Shown: one piece after another, positions 47,495 through 57,799 of the stretch | How positions within the stretch are numbered: position 1 is the first letter of the stretch | How the letters are laid out: each line of letters starts with the position of its first letter | IMG/VR virus record: IMGVR_UViG_3300010885_015247 | Span: 1 to 64,000 of that record | Source: a virus | Length of the DNA: 64,000 bases | Direction: 5' to 3' (one strand) | Notes under the pieces: model-generated | What the model saw: the letters and a program-made list of their open reading frames with translations, nothing else | Told to the model about the DNA's origin: nothing | Databases searched by the model: none | Made by a program: the position numbers and the translations under genes

Positions 47495-50400
47495 TATGCG
47501 GCACCTTTACGAAGTTGGAATGCAAGTTGACGAGATACAAGTGCGGCGAGCTCACGCTCATCCATTCCTGGGGATGGGTTAACAGTTATATTTATACCGC
47601 CAGCAGGTCCAGCAAGCATCTCGATCATAGCTCTATCACGCTTAGATAGCCCGCTGGAGTCTAAAGGCTCTACACGTTCTGAACGACCAGCTTCACCGAT
47701 CATTGCAAGCATTCCACCAGTAGTAGCTGGAACGATTCCACCAGCAGCAAGCCTTTTTATGTTTGGAGTGCTAAGTGTTGGTCCTTCAAAAGCAGGAATA
47801 ACTGTTTTACCAAGAACTTTTAGACCTTCAAAACTAGGTAGTTTCCATGAAAGATTGTTCCATCCATCAATTACATAGTTAATAGCTCCTTTAAAGCTAT
47901 CTTTTATTCCACTAAAAATATCACCAATACTTAGTTTACCCATACCTGTAAAAATTTCTTTTACCTTGTCATAAAATTCAACAATTTTATCTTTAGCGCT
48001 GCTAATTTTTGTAAATATACCACCAATTAATTCAATAAACTTTACAATAATTCCTGTAACTATGTCAATAGCCGCTACAAGAGTAAATTTAATAAGAGGA
48101 ACTAAAGTTACTGCAAGGAAATCACCAATCATTTTAAATACATCGCTCATTTTGCCCATAAAAGGAAGAGCCTTCTCGATTGCATCTTTTATTTTCTCGA
48201 AAGACTCCATGAGCTTGTCTTTAACAACAGCAACCATATCAGCAATTGCTTCCCTAAGCTTTTCGCTCTTTTGATACGCCAAGACAAAGATTGCAACAAT
48301 AGTTGCAATAACCGCTACTGCAATAAGAATAGGAGCTGCAAGTGCAACCATTTGAGCTTGAAGTGCCATAACAGCAAATCTTAGTTTGTATACTAAAGCG
48401 CTCTGCTGAGGAAGTCTAGCTAAAAGAACCTTGTCAATTTTAGTTATAGCGCCAACAAAAACTTTTCCAAAAAACCCTGCAGTTTTAGTTACAGTTCCTA
48501 TTGCAAGACCAAAAGCAACTATTAAACCAGTTCCAGTAATTACTGCCCTCATAAAATCATTATCAAGAAGGAAAATAAGTCCTTGAAGAACAACATTTAA
48601 TGTCTCAAAGAATACTTTAATAGATCCAGCATCAAAGAAAATTTGTATAAGCTCTGCCATTTTTTCAATAAATCTTCCAACAGCTGGAAGAGCACCGTTA
48701 GCAATCTCTAAACCAATACCGTTAAATGTTGTAGCAGCTTTGTTGATGCTATCCATAAACTCACCGAAGCCCTTGGATGCCCCAATATCAAGCATTCCTT
48801 TTATGATAAGACCTAGGGTTGTGAGAACTTTAGTGAAGTTCTTACTGAGCTGAAGTAGGTATGCGTCAAGAGTTCCGTTTTCATTTCCAAGTTTAGTAAA
48901 CTGCTCCCACTTCTCAGTTACAGTTTCAAGCCAGTCAAGGAAGTACCAGCCTCCTCCGCCTTCGCTGAACTGAGCCTTAATTGTGTTACCAATGCCACCA
49001 ATAAAGTTTCCAAGTGATCTCCATAAGGAGTCCATAACATCAGCAGCTTGTTTCATTGTTGCTTCAAGCTCGCCTGTTTTTTCTTTGTTCTTTAGTGTCT
49101 CAATCCAGCCTTCAGTAAGCTTTTCAACATGCTGTGCCCATTTTGTAGCAAATGGAGCAAATGCTGCAAGAAGAATTGTTGAAGCTCCAGCTAAGTTAGC
49201 AAAAGCTCCACCAATAGCCTCAATAAGAGGGCTCATCTCTTCAAATATTTTTCTAACAGCGTCAACTATTTCAGGATCAGTAAATACCTTTGCAAATTTT
49301 TCTGCAACAATTCCTAAAGATGTAGCAATTTTTGGAAGAAGCTCTTCCATAAGCGGAAGATATGTTTCTACAAGTAGTTTAACTGCAGGGGTAAATTTTT
49401 CAAAGAAATTTTCTTGAAGCTTTAGTCTTAACTCTTCAAGTCTTTCTTTAAGAGAAATAATATAATCTACAAACTCTTTTGCAGATGGAGATAGGTTAAC
49501 AGAAGCTTCTTCAAGTGCAGTGTTATACTCTTTACGAGCCTTGGCTGCATCTCTTTCTGCATCTGCAACAGCTCTAGCGGCAAGCTCTCTTGCTCTAGCT
49601 TCTTTTCTAGCTCTTTCAGATGTAGGAAGAAGATCGTTTTCTGCTTTCAAGAGATCAGCTTGCGCCTGAGTAAGAGCTTTTACTGCCTTAAATGCTGCAA
49701 TCTCTGCATCTTGTTGTTTGTATTTTGAGTCAGCAAGTTTAGCCTCTGCAGCTAGAACATTTTTATTTCCGTTTATTCCTTCTTTGTTTGCTTTTGTTGT
49801 TGCTTTGCGAAGATCCCCATTTTTATCGATAGCACGACGAAGGTTAAGATCTGCTTCAGCAAAAGCAAGCTCAGCTTCACGGCGAGCACGGGAGTTGGGT
49901 GGAAGGTCTTGAACACGTTGTAGGGAATCACGAGCTTTTTCAAACTCAAGTCGTGCTTTCTTCTCGGAGATAACTCCGCCTTCAAGCTCAAAACGAAGTT
50001 GCTGGATTGCTTCTTTAGCATCTTCACGAGCCTTTGTTACATCTTCAAGTGCTTTTCCAGTATCTTTTACAGAGTCTTGATAATTACGCTCTGCTTTTTC
50101 AGAAGCATATGCTGCGTCTGCTACTGCATCAGCAGCTTTATCTCTAGCTGTTTCTAGAGCTTTAAGATTTGCAGCTTGATCTTTTATAAGTTCGTTATAT
50201 GCGTATGTGGCATCTTTAACCCTGAGCTCTGCAGCAGCAAGACGATCTGCAGCATCTGCAGATGCATCAATACCTTTCTTTCCATTAGATATTGCATCCC
50301 CTACGCCTTTAAATACCTGTCTTAAAATTCCAGCAGAAACAGCAACTGCGCCAAAAATATTAATAAGACCTAACAAAACTGGAGAAGCTGCTATAACAGT

Positions 50401-50727
50401 ATTTATTAAAATACCAATTCCGCCTACTAAAGCACCAATAACACCGCCTAGAGCAACAACAGCTGGAACTACAGCAAAAGATGCTCTTTGTAGACTAGCA
50501 AACTGCTCTCTTGCTGCTTCTGCTTCTCTAATAAAATTTCCAGCTTTAAATAGATCAGATATTCCATTGCCAGCAGTACGAGAAAAACCTCTAGAAAAAC
50601 TTTTTCCTACTGAATCTCCAGAGTCATTTCCAACTCCATCAAGACCACTGAGTTGTCTTTTTATATCATCTTTAAAGCCAGTGGTGATGGCTCTAACAAC
50701 TATCTCTGCACTACCTACTACTGCCAC
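47494..50727 (-). CDS. Tape measure protein (1077 aa)
   Basis: VVGSAEIVV N-terminus, long helical/coiled-coil and hydrophobic regions, LAAGGIV...IGEAG.SERVEPL near the C-terminus. Confidence 0.9.
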   Translation of the reverse strand: MAVVGSAEIVVRAITTGFKDDIKRQLSGLDGVGNDSGDSVGKSFSRGFSRTAGNGISDLFKAGNFIREAEAAREQFASLQRASFAVVPAVVALGGVIGALVGGIGILINTVIAASPVLLGLINIFGAVAVSAGILRQVFKGVGDAISNGKKGIDASADAADRLAAAELRVKDATYAYNELIKDQAANLKALETARDKAADAVADAAYASEKAERNYQDSVKDTGKALEDVTKAREDAKEAIQQLRFELEGGVISEKKARLEFEKARDSLQRVQDLPPNSRARREAELAFAEADLNLRRAIDKNGDLRKATTKANKEGINGNKNVLAAEAKLADSKYKQQDAEIAAFKAVKALTQAQADLLKAENDLLPTSERARKEARARELAARAVADAERDAAKARKEYNTALEEASVNLSPSAKEFVDYIISLKERLEELRLKLQENFFEKFTPAVKLLVETYLPLMEELLPKIATSLGIVAEKFAKVFTDPEIVDAVRKIFEEMSPLIEAIGGAFANLAGASTILLAAFAPFATKWAQHVEKLTEGWIETLKNKEKTGELEATMKQAADVMDSLWRSLGNFIGGIGNTIKAQFSEGGGGWYFLDWLETVTEKWEQFTKLGNENGTLDAYLLQLSKNFTKVLTTLGLIIKGMLDIGASKGFGEFMDSINKAATTFNGIGLEIANGALPAVGRFIEKMAELIQIFFDAGSIKVFFETLNVVLQGLIFLLDNDFMRAVITGTGLIVAFGLAIGTVTKTAGFFGKVFVGAITKIDKVLLARLPQQSALVYKLRFAVMALQAQMVALAAPILIAVAVIATIVAIFVLAYQKSEKLREAIADMVAVVKDKLMESFEKIKDAIEKALPFMGKMSDVFKMIGDFLAVTLVPLIKFTLVAAIDIVTGIIVKFIELIGGIFTKISSAKDKIVEFYDKVKEIFTGMGKLSIGDIFSGIKDSFKGAINYVIDGWNNLSWKLPSFEGLKVLGKTVIPAFEGPTLSTPNIKRLAAGGIVPATTGGMLAMIGEAGRSERVEPLDSSGLSKRDRAMIEMLAGPAGGINITVNPSPGMDERELAALVSRQLAFQLRKGAA

Positions 50728-50748
50728 AAGCCATCACCTCCTCTGGTA

Positions 50749-51210
50749 TTATTTTTCTAGCGGGGAATCTAGTAAATCGCCAAAAGGCTTTACTAGATTT
50801 ACATTAGGTTCCATCGCTGGGACGTAAGATTTTGTTGGTCCTTTTAGTGGATCTTCTGGCTCACTAGAGTCAAAAGGAACTAGAGGATCGCCAATATCTG
50901 TTCCATCAGCACTGATGTTCGAGTAGTCTGGTTTAGAATCGTTTCCAAACTTATACTCTCTATCGTAGAAATTTTTATAGATTGTTTTTCTAATTTTTGA
51001 CTTGGCTTCAACTTGTTCAGATGCGGAGAAGTTGTAGTCTTCTTCCATGTAGTAGTGCAATACATCTAACATGTCAGACATCTCCATTTCTGCTAGTCGT
51101 AATCCTTGAGTCAAAGCCTTGCCATTTACATATGGCCAGAGGTCTATTGACCACTCACAGATTGCTCTGGCCCCGATATGGGACGGCCTGAGTACTGTTC
51201 TACTAGCCAT
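50749..51210 (-). CDS. Tail assembly chaperone T part (probably expressed by -1 frameshift from 51144-51494)
   Basis: Overlaps the upstream chaperone in the -1 frame and lies just before the tape measure. Confidence 0.6.
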   Translation of the reverse strand: MASRTVLRPSHIGARAICEWSIDLWPYVNGKALTQGLRLAEMEMSDMLDVLHYYMEEDYNFSASEQVEAKSKIRKTIYKNFYDREYKFGNDSKPDYSNISADGTDIGDPLVPFDSSEPEDPLKGPTKSYVPAMEPNVNLVKPFGDLLDSPLEK

Positions 51211-51494
51211 CCAGCAATCTCTGCAAGAGACTCTACAGAAACAATCTTGTCTGGGTCGTCAAGAAGTTTTTGAAAGCGGTCATAGCTTTCTTCTTGTAGT
51301 GCCCTTGCAAAAAATGTATTGATAGCCGAAGCCGCATCTCCTGCCTTTTCTCCAGAACTTAAAGCTGCCATTTCAAGAATAGCTTTACCTTGAAGAGCTG
51401 TACGGCACTCGAAATCCTCGCCATAAAGTTTAAATGAGACTGGCTCGGTGGTTACTAAGCCACCAGTACCAAAATCTTTAAATCGTGTTGTCAT
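51144..51494 (-). CDS. Tail assembly chaperone (G)
   Basis: Position in the tail module; ends IAGWLVEQYSGRP. Confidence 0.75.
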   Translation of the reverse strand: MTTRFKDFGTGGLVTTEPVSFKLYGEDFECRTALQGKAILEMAALSSGEKAGDAASAINTFFARALQEESYDRFQKLLDDPDKIVSVESLAEIAGWLVEQYSGRPISGPEQSVSGQ

Positions 51495-51529
51495 GTATTA
51501 TTTCCTATTCTGTCGTTGTTATTGCTGTA

Positions 51530-51922
51530 TTATTTTATCACTTTACTTAGTTGGTCAGAAAGATATCTATTAGCTCTAGTACCTTTTTGAACAACCTTTT
51601 GGGCATAAACTACTTGCCCTTTAGAGACAAACCTAAGAGCTTTTGCTCTTTTAGGTACAATCACCTGAGGACCTCTTCCTTGGTGATGTACTAATGCATA
51701 CCTCACGTCAGAACCGATCCACATTTGTTGCCCTCTAGGGTCTCTAAAATGTCTTTTATGTGCAATGGAAGCTTTTAATCTTCCCGTTCTAACACCTACC
51801 TGTGCCTTTGCTAAACTGATGATTGCATCGCCTTTAACTCTTAAATATCTTCCGACATCACCATCAGGATCGTATAAAAGATTGTTAATTGCTGGTTTAA
51901 ACCATTGAATTTTTACAGCCAT
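51530..51922 (-). CDS. HK97 gp10-like neck/tail completion protein
   Basis: VRTGRLKASI...YALVHHQG...GTRANRYL. Confidence 0.75.
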   Translation of the reverse strand: MAVKIQWFKPAINNLLYDPDGDVGRYLRVKGDAIISLAKAQVGVRTGRLKASIAHKRHFRDPRGQQMWIGSDVRYALVHHQGRGPQVIVPKRAKALRFVSKGQVVYAQKVVQKGTRANRYLSDQLSKVIK

Positions 51923-52431
51923 TATGGAACCGCAACAGTTATAGTCATTGTAACTGTTTGAAAACCGCCTTCAGGAGCACCTGTCTCAACTGTGGCAATC
52001 ACTCCTAAACCAAAAGAACCACCTGTTGCCCATTGGTCTAAAGCCCGTGAACTATCAAGAAGAATCCATGCATCATATGCAGAGATTTCTGAGAAAGCTT
52101 GAATATCATCTGCTGCTGGAGCTTTACCATTTATAGAGACAGTAGGAACTTCTCTAGATACAGAAACAATTAAAGTCGCACTGCGTGGATCATTACAACG
52201 ACGAGGCTCTGTTGCTTCATCTCCTGGAGAGCCGATATACATCTGTAGCATTGAAACTACAACCTGCTCGCAATCCACTGAAGGCTCGCCAAGAGTCCAA
52301 TATCTACGACCCGGTAGTGGCATTGTGTATGATGCGTATGTGCTAATAACGGAGTCAAGAACTCCTTGCATAAGTGCAGCTAAATTTTTAGCTCCCTCAT
52401 CCACAGTTGCCGTATTAATAAGTGTAGCCAT
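51922..52431 (-). CDS. Putative tail terminator
   Basis: Position and size; PEGG..V.MTITV C-terminus. Confidence 0.55.
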   Translation of the reverse strand: MATLINTATVDEGAKNLAALMQGVLDSVISTYASYTMPLPGRRYWTLGEPSVDCEQVVVSMLQMYIGSPGDEATEPRRCNDPRSATLIVSVSREVPTVSINGKAPAADDIQAFSEISAYDAWILLDSSRALDQWATGGSFGLGVIATVETGAPEGGFQTVTMTITVAVP

Positions 52432-52459
52432 AGTGTCCTCTTGTCTTTAGGTTGTCGTA

Positions 52460-53593
52460 TTACACAGTATAGATTGGAATTGTTCTTTCCCCCAGTTGAA
52501 CGATTACGTTACTGGAGACTAAGTGAACAACTTCATTGACTGCTGCGTTTCCAAGACTTGGTCTAACTGCGTAAAGGTCCAAAACTCCTGGATCGCGAGG
52601 ACCTATAATAGAATTAATCTGTGTAAATGTAGCGCTTACTCTAATTGTATTTTCTGTACGATCAATAACAGCAGCGTTAGGGATTTCAGTAGTTGTGTTG
52701 TTATTGATATCTGAAACATTAGTCAAGATTGTCCAAGCGTTATCTCCATCAAGGAACTCGGATGCAATCTCTGAGAAATAATAAATATTAGATGTTCCCT
52801 CTGCACCAACATAAAGATCGTTTGCGCTAAGAGGATAAAGAGGTGATGCGCCAGTAATACGGCGAGCACGAGGAATATCTGGAGAGAAGACACGAGAACG
52901 AGCACGAGCCTTATCTGGATTAGCAGTTTTGAGGAATAAATCGATGGCATAGATGCCAGTGCGAAGTTCATCAATAAAGTCTTGACTATCAAGAAGAGTG
53001 TATGAGACTCCTTGACGAGAGATAGATGTTACACGTTGTGGTAAAGCGCAGGTATCGTCACCTTCATATAGTTTTACTAGCTCTGTAGCTAAAACACGAG
53101 CAGCGGCTCTCCCAGCTGTTGGTGGAGGGCTTCCATAGGTGTATGTAACCTCAACACGAGATGAGAACCAGTTGGCTCCTGCAACTCCAATAAGAGTTGA
53201 ATGATCTGCAAGATAATACTTGCTTGGGTCAATAATTTCGCCATCTAAGTTTCTAACGGTGTGAATCTTTACAACCTTACGACCACGCAGTCTTAGGCGA
53301 GATGAAGATGTTGTTCCATCTCCTTGATAATCTTTATCGTATCCAAACCCTACATATGGAACGTTTTCTACATTTCCATCAACAAGCACTGGAGCGTAAT
53401 TAAAGTCTGAACCAGCGGTTCTTAAGTACGGGTCAAATGAAGATACATAACGCTCTGTGACAGTTGTAATCCCTGAAAATTTACGGCCAGACATTCCCCA
53501 TAAAAGATAAGAAGCAGTCTTTGCAGCATCATAGGCATAGTCAGACCCAGCATGTTCGCCAAGCTCTTCTGGTGTTACCCATAGATTGCTCAT
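52460..53593 (-). CDS. Head-to-tail adaptor
   Basis: ASYLLWGMSGRKFSG, VTYTYG.PPP, C.LPQRVTSISRQGVS, TGIYAIDLFL..NP. Confidence 0.78.
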   Translation of the reverse strand: MSNLWVTPEELGEHAGSDYAYDAAKTASYLLWGMSGRKFSGITTVTERYVSSFDPYLRTAGSDFNYAPVLVDGNVENVPYVGFGYDKDYQGDGTTSSSRLRLRGRKVVKIHTVRNLDGEIIDPSKYYLADHSTLIGVAGANWFSSRVEVTYTYGSPPPTAGRAAARVLATELVKLYEGDDTCALPQRVTSISRQGVSYTLLDSQDFIDELRTGIYAIDLFLKTANPDKARARSRVFSPDIPRARRITGASPLYPLSANDLYVGAEGTSNIYYFSEIASEFLDGDNAWTILTNVSDINNNTTTEIPNAAVIDRTENTIRVSATFTQINSIIGPRDPGVLDLYAVRPSLGNAAVNEVVHLVSSNVIVQLGERTIPIYTV

Positions 53594-53610
53594 ACTTCTC
53601 TCCCGTCTCT

Positions 53611-53664
53611 AATAGAAAAAGCGGGCAACGTTTCAACGGTATATACCATCGGTACGCTGCCCGC
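53611..53664 (-). terminator. Intrinsic terminator after the major tail gene
   Basis: GCGGGCAGCGT...ACGTTGCCCGC stem followed by TTTTTCTATT on the - strand. Confidence 0.8.
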
Positions 53665-53679
53665 CTCCTATTTATTGAA

Positions 53680-54726
53680 TTACGCTGTTGGATCCTCAGC
53701 GGATGCGATAATGAAGTCAATTGCATTATCTGCGTTGTAATCTGAGTTTCCTGGTACGTTGTACGCAGTTGTTGATCCTTGTGATGTAAAGTCTGTAACC
53801 GCTAGGTATCCACGGTTACGAAGTACTGTACCTGTTGGTGAGACTGCTGCAGATGCAACATCTGTTGCTGTCTTTGCATAACGGAATGTTGTTGTTGTTG
53901 GAACTGCAGTAATTGTGTAAGTACCGTTGAAGGTGCTATCCACGCCAGCTACAGTTACGCTCTGACCAGCTAGGAAGCCGTGGGCTGTTCCAGTTGTCAA
54001 AGTAGCAACATTTGATGTTAGAGACTTATTTGAGACTGTGTTAGTTGCTTCATCAAACCAGCGGTAGAAGCCCTTAAGACCTGTTGGCGCCCATGATGCA
54101 CGAGCATATGAGTATGAACGCTCAGATGCTACTGGGAACTCCCAGCGGCCATCTAGACCTTGACCGAATGCAACGTTTCCAAGGCCATAGCCTTCGAATG
54201 TTGTAGCAAGCATACCGTTTTCAATTACACGGTCGCCTGATTGACGTAGCTTGACGTATGGGAAAACCCAGTGGAAGTATGGATTTGATGCTGCACGACG
54301 TCCGTCTGCAACAGCAAATGACCAAACTTCTAATGCCACGCCATTACCTGTTGGGTCATCGCCAACAGATGGTGCAGCCCAACCAACAGACTTATTGTTT
54401 GGTGATGCGAAAGAACCGAAGTTCTTACGAAGCAACAAACCGCCTGAGATTAGTTGTGAAAGTTCTGTATCTGGTTCGCAAATTGCGAGTTCCATTGTGA
54501 TGCGCTTAAGAGTGTCAGGGGCTTTGTATGACACGCATACAGTGCCGTCAGCTGACTTCTCTACAATTTCGTCACCCTCTTCGTATTCAGGTGTAAAAGA
54601 TGTGCGGAGGAACGCCGAAGTTGTGTAGCTGTCCCCTGCTCCATTGAGCAAGTTGCCAGCGGCGTCCAGTCTGGTGACTCGGATCGACACACCTTGGACG
54701 CTAGCCGCGTATTCTTGAGTGGCCAT
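53680..54726 (-). CDS. Major tail (tube) protein with one C-terminal beta-barrel insertion
   Basis: IRVTRLDAAG...EYEEGDEIVEKSADG..CV...DTLKR..ELAIC.PD, typical of cluster-B-type tail tubes. Confidence 0.85.
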   Translation of the reverse strand: MATQEYAASVQGVSIRVTRLDAAGNLLNGAGDSYTTSAFLRTSFTPEYEEGDEIVEKSADGTVCVSYKAPDTLKRITMELAICEPDTELSQLISGGLLLRKNFGSFASPNNKSVGWAAPSVGDDPTGNGVALEVWSFAVADGRRAASNPYFHWVFPYVKLRQSGDRVIENGMLATTFEGYGLGNVAFGQGLDGRWEFPVASERSYSYARASWAPTGLKGFYRWFDEATNTVSNKSLTSNVATLTTGTAHGFLAGQSVTVAGVDSTFNGTYTITAVPTTTTFRYAKTATDVASAAVSPTGTVLRNRGYLAVTDFTSQGSTTAYNVPGNSDYNADNAIDFIIASAEDPTA

Positions 54727-54754
54727 TCCAGTGTTCTCCTTCTATTGTTTTTGC

Positions 54755-55636
54755 TTAGGTGGTTGGTAGTGCTAGTCGTACTGTGTAATGAATCGATGGA
54801 TCAAAGTATACCGCAGCTGCACGAACGGCTTTAACCGTAAGGGTATTAGTGTTAGTGCTTACTGTGAGTCCTTGTCCAAGGTTTTCGTTTACAACTTCAG
54901 GCTTGCTTAGATGTACGTCAACAGGTCCAGTTGCAAACATCCACTTATTTGAAGCAGACGCTGTGGTGTTGGAATCGCTAATGCGACCAGCACCTGTGTA
55001 ACCAGAACCAATAACTACCTCTGTACCTAAACGAGTCATAGCCTTGCCTGTTTTTCCGCCATCTGCTGGTGAGTAGATGAGGCGTGATCCAAGGATCGAC
55101 GCAACATCACGAGTCATATGGATGACTCCATTTGTACCTGCAGGTGAGCTAGAAATCGCTTGTTCCAACAGCATTAACGCTGTTGCTGGAGCCAGTGCAC
55201 CGCTATTTACTACGGTTGCTGCTGACGCTTCTCTTAAAAAATCATTCCCGTTTGTTTCAGCTAGTGCTGCTACGCCTTCCCAAAGTTCGAGCTCTAGTGC
55301 CTTCTGTGATGCTACTTCTAACTGCTTAATAGCAAGTTTAAAGCGATCTTCTCCAGTTAGACCAAGTGTAGAACGTGTGTCTGTTACTTGAATAAAAAAT
55401 GGATCATATTCTTTGAATTGAGGAAGAGTTGAAGTTCCAGTAACTCCACCAGTTACTACTGCATCATTTACTGTAAAAACTTCTACTTCTGGTTGAGAAT
55501 CAAATTCGTAGCTAAAGCCACGAACCCAACGCTCGTCATACTCTGCGCCGCCGTGAGTCATTACACGAGCGACACTCAGAAGCCCACAAGGGGCAGGGGT
55601 CAGATCTGGAGCTGAGTAGATTCCTCTAAACGCCAT
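54755..55636 (-). CDS. Second capsid protein (major capsid pentamer-like)
   Basis: Directly after the major capsid; PCGLLSVA, ALELELW.G, GVIH, T.LGT.V..G.GY. Confidence 0.68.
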   Translation of the reverse strand: MAFRGIYSAPDLTPAPCGLLSVARVMTHGGAEYDERWVRGFSYEFDSQPEVEVFTVNDAVVTGGVTGTSTLPQFKEYDPFFIQVTDTRSTLGLTGEDRFKLAIKQLEVASQKALELELWEGVAALAETNGNDFLREASAATVVNSGALAPATALMLLEQAISSSPAGTNGVIHMTRDVASILGSRLIYSPADGGKTGKAMTRLGTEVVIGSGYTGAGRISDSNTTASASNKWMFATGPVDVHLSKPEVVNENLGQGLTVSTNTNTLTVKAVRAAAVYFDPSIHYTVRLALPTT

Positions 55637-55705
55637 TTTTCTTTTCCTTCTTTCTTCTGAGTGTCGACTCGGGTAATTAACTACTAAGGATTATCTGGGT
55701 ACGGT

Positions 55706-57799
55706 TTAGTACTCGATAGCCGCTGCTGATGCGCCACCTGTTGTGTCACGGAGAGCTGCTGCTACACCGTTCACTGAGATGGTTGATGTGACCTTGAGTG
55801 ACTCAACGCCAACCTTTGCAACACCTTCGAAGGTTTCAACGAACATCTTGTAGTCGTTTGTACCAACGAGGGTAGAATCGCGGATAACACCGAGATCCAA
55901 TGTACCGCCATCTAGGAACAAGAATGTTCCTTCAGCGAAGATGTACCAAACAAATGTATCAGGGAACTCGTTAAGAGCACCTGCACTTGCTGCAGTTGCG
56001 AAGTCATCAATGTGGTAAGTGATATTGATGCTACGAGCTGCAAGATATCCATCAATCTCTGCATATGCATTGAGAGTTGAATCTCCTGGCATTGCGATAG
56101 CTAGATCTGCTGCCATTGCATCCTTGATCCAGAATGGAGCAAGTACGCGAAGTGGAGCATCTGCACCTAGGCGATGACGACCACGGTAGTTGGCTGCTGC
56201 GCGACCTAGTTGTACTAGGAAGTCACGAGCTACACCAATTAGTGATGTTGAAGTCATTGCTGTTGATAGTGTGCTTAGGCGAGATAGAATTTGCTCTTCT
56301 GCCTCACGAGCGTGCTGAATTAGACCAAGCTCATTGTGACGAGCGATCAATTCTGGGTATGCACGAGACATCAAGTTACCGAACTGTAGCTGTAGTGTTA
56401 CAGCATCAGTAGCAACTGTGTTCTCTGATGCAGCAGTAACTGTCAAGCTTAGCTTTGAAGCTGGGCTTGGTGTTTCAGCTGAATCGTTTGCTGCAGTCCA
56501 TACACCAACAGCCGAAGCATATGATGAAAGAACTGGTGGGGTTACGAAGCGGATACCACCACGATCAGCTTGGAACTTAGGTAGAGCGTCGCGTAGTGGA
56601 CGATCTGTTGTTCCTAGACCGAAGATGTCGTACTTAACTTCGAATGGTGCTGAGTGGCCGCCTGAAGCAACAAGTGCTTCTGGACCAGTTACAGCTTGAA
56701 CTTTTGCCCAGTTTGATTCTGCGTCCTGTGTAAGAACGCGAGCTTCTGGGTAATTTGTGGTGATAGAAGCAACAATGTGTTGTTCTCCATCTCCACCGTT
56801 AACACGACGAAGAGCGTGTAGACGCTTCTCCATCGCTACTGAAACATCGGACATTGAGTCCATTGAGCTTCCAGCCGTATATCCAGGAATGTCTGCGCCC
56901 GCTGTGATTGCCACAGCTGCGGCAGAAGTCTCTGTGATAGGACGACGATCGGCCGGGACCTCAATGTTGAGGTTATCTGCGCTTGCAGTCACGGGTGCCT
57001 CCATACTTTCTTGAGTCATTGACTCGGTTGGGATTGCTTCTGGGGTTACTACTGAAGCTTCTGCACCATCAGCAACATCAGCTGCTGCATCTGCAACATC
57101 AGAAGCTACTGCTTCATCTGCTACAACTGCTTCTGCTGGTGCTTCTTCTGATACTGGGGCTTCTGCTGCTGCTGCTGCATCTGCAACAACTTCAGCTGCT
57201 ACTGCTGCTTCTGGCTCGGAACCATCTGCAACAACAGCTTCCTCGGCTACGGCTGCAGCTTCGGTAAGATTTGATTCTGTTGAGAACTCTGCGGTCTTAT
57301 CCGCTTCGGTTGACGCTTCAGACATTTTTTCCTCTTCCTTTTTCTTTTCCTCGTCCATCGCTTCGGATGGTGCTTCTTCTTCTGCTGGCATTTCTTCTGC
57401 TACAGGAGCTTCGGCTGCAGGAACTTCCTCAGAAGGTGCATCTGCTGGCTTCTCTTCTTCAACTGGCATCTCTGCCATTGCTTCAGTTTCTGCTGGCATT
57501 TCTTCCTTCTTATCTTCGGAATCGGCTTCCTTGTCTTTCTCGCCGTCTTCACCGTATACGCGAGAAGCTGCCTCAGCTGCTCGTTGTGCGAGCTCCTGTG
57601 CTGCTGCCTCACGGCGCTTGAATTCACCGCGAACGGTGTCAAGCATGTCGGCTAATGACGACATTGCGTCAACTGTCTGGGGAGTTGGATCTTCCTTCTC
57701 AACGGACTCAAATTCCTTGATGATCTGGTTTTGCAGGTCGGTAACTTGATCGCTATCGAGATCTGCTAACTGGTCCATCATGTCTTTGATTTGGTCCAT
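55706..57799 (-). CDS. Major capsid (hexamer) protein with acidic N-terminal scaffold region
   Basis: Acidic/Ala-rich first ~300 aa; ALVASGG.SAP, RPLRDALP.F.ADRGGI, GGTLDLGVIRDS..NDY.MF.ETFEG. Confidence 0.88.
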   Translation of the reverse strand: MDQIKDMMDQLADLDSDQVTDLQNQIIKEFESVEKEDPTPQTVDAMSSLADMLDTVRGEFKRREAAAQELAQRAAEAASRVYGEDGEKDKEADSEDKKEEMPAETEAMAEMPVEEEKPADAPSEEVPAAEAPVAEEMPAEEEAPSEAMDEEKKKEEEKMSEASTEADKTAEFSTESNLTEAAAVAEEAVVADGSEPEAAVAAEVVADAAAAAEAPVSEEAPAEAVVADEAVASDVADAAADVADGAEASVVTPEAIPTESMTQESMEAPVTASADNLNIEVPADRRPITETSAAAVAITAGADIPGYTAGSSMDSMSDVSVAMEKRLHALRRVNGGDGEQHIVASITTNYPEARVLTQDAESNWAKVQAVTGPEALVASGGHSAPFEVKYDIFGLGTTDRPLRDALPKFQADRGGIRFVTPPVLSSYASAVGVWTAANDSAETPSPASKLSLTVTAASENTVATDAVTLQLQFGNLMSRAYPELIARHNELGLIQHAREAEEQILSRLSTLSTAMTSTSLIGVARDFLVQLGRAAANYRGRHRLGADAPLRVLAPFWIKDAMAADLAIAMPGDSTLNAYAEIDGYLAARSINITYHIDDFATAASAGALNEFPDTFVWYIFAEGTFLFLDGGTLDLGVIRDSTLVGTNDYKMFVETFEGVAKVGVESLKVTSTISVNGVAAALRDTTGGASAAAIEY

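Noticed and set aside
55657-55690. Hairpin between the hexamer and pentamer genes as a terminator
   Set aside because: The stem relies on G-U pairs that form only on the + (antisense) strand, and there is no U tract on the coding strand.
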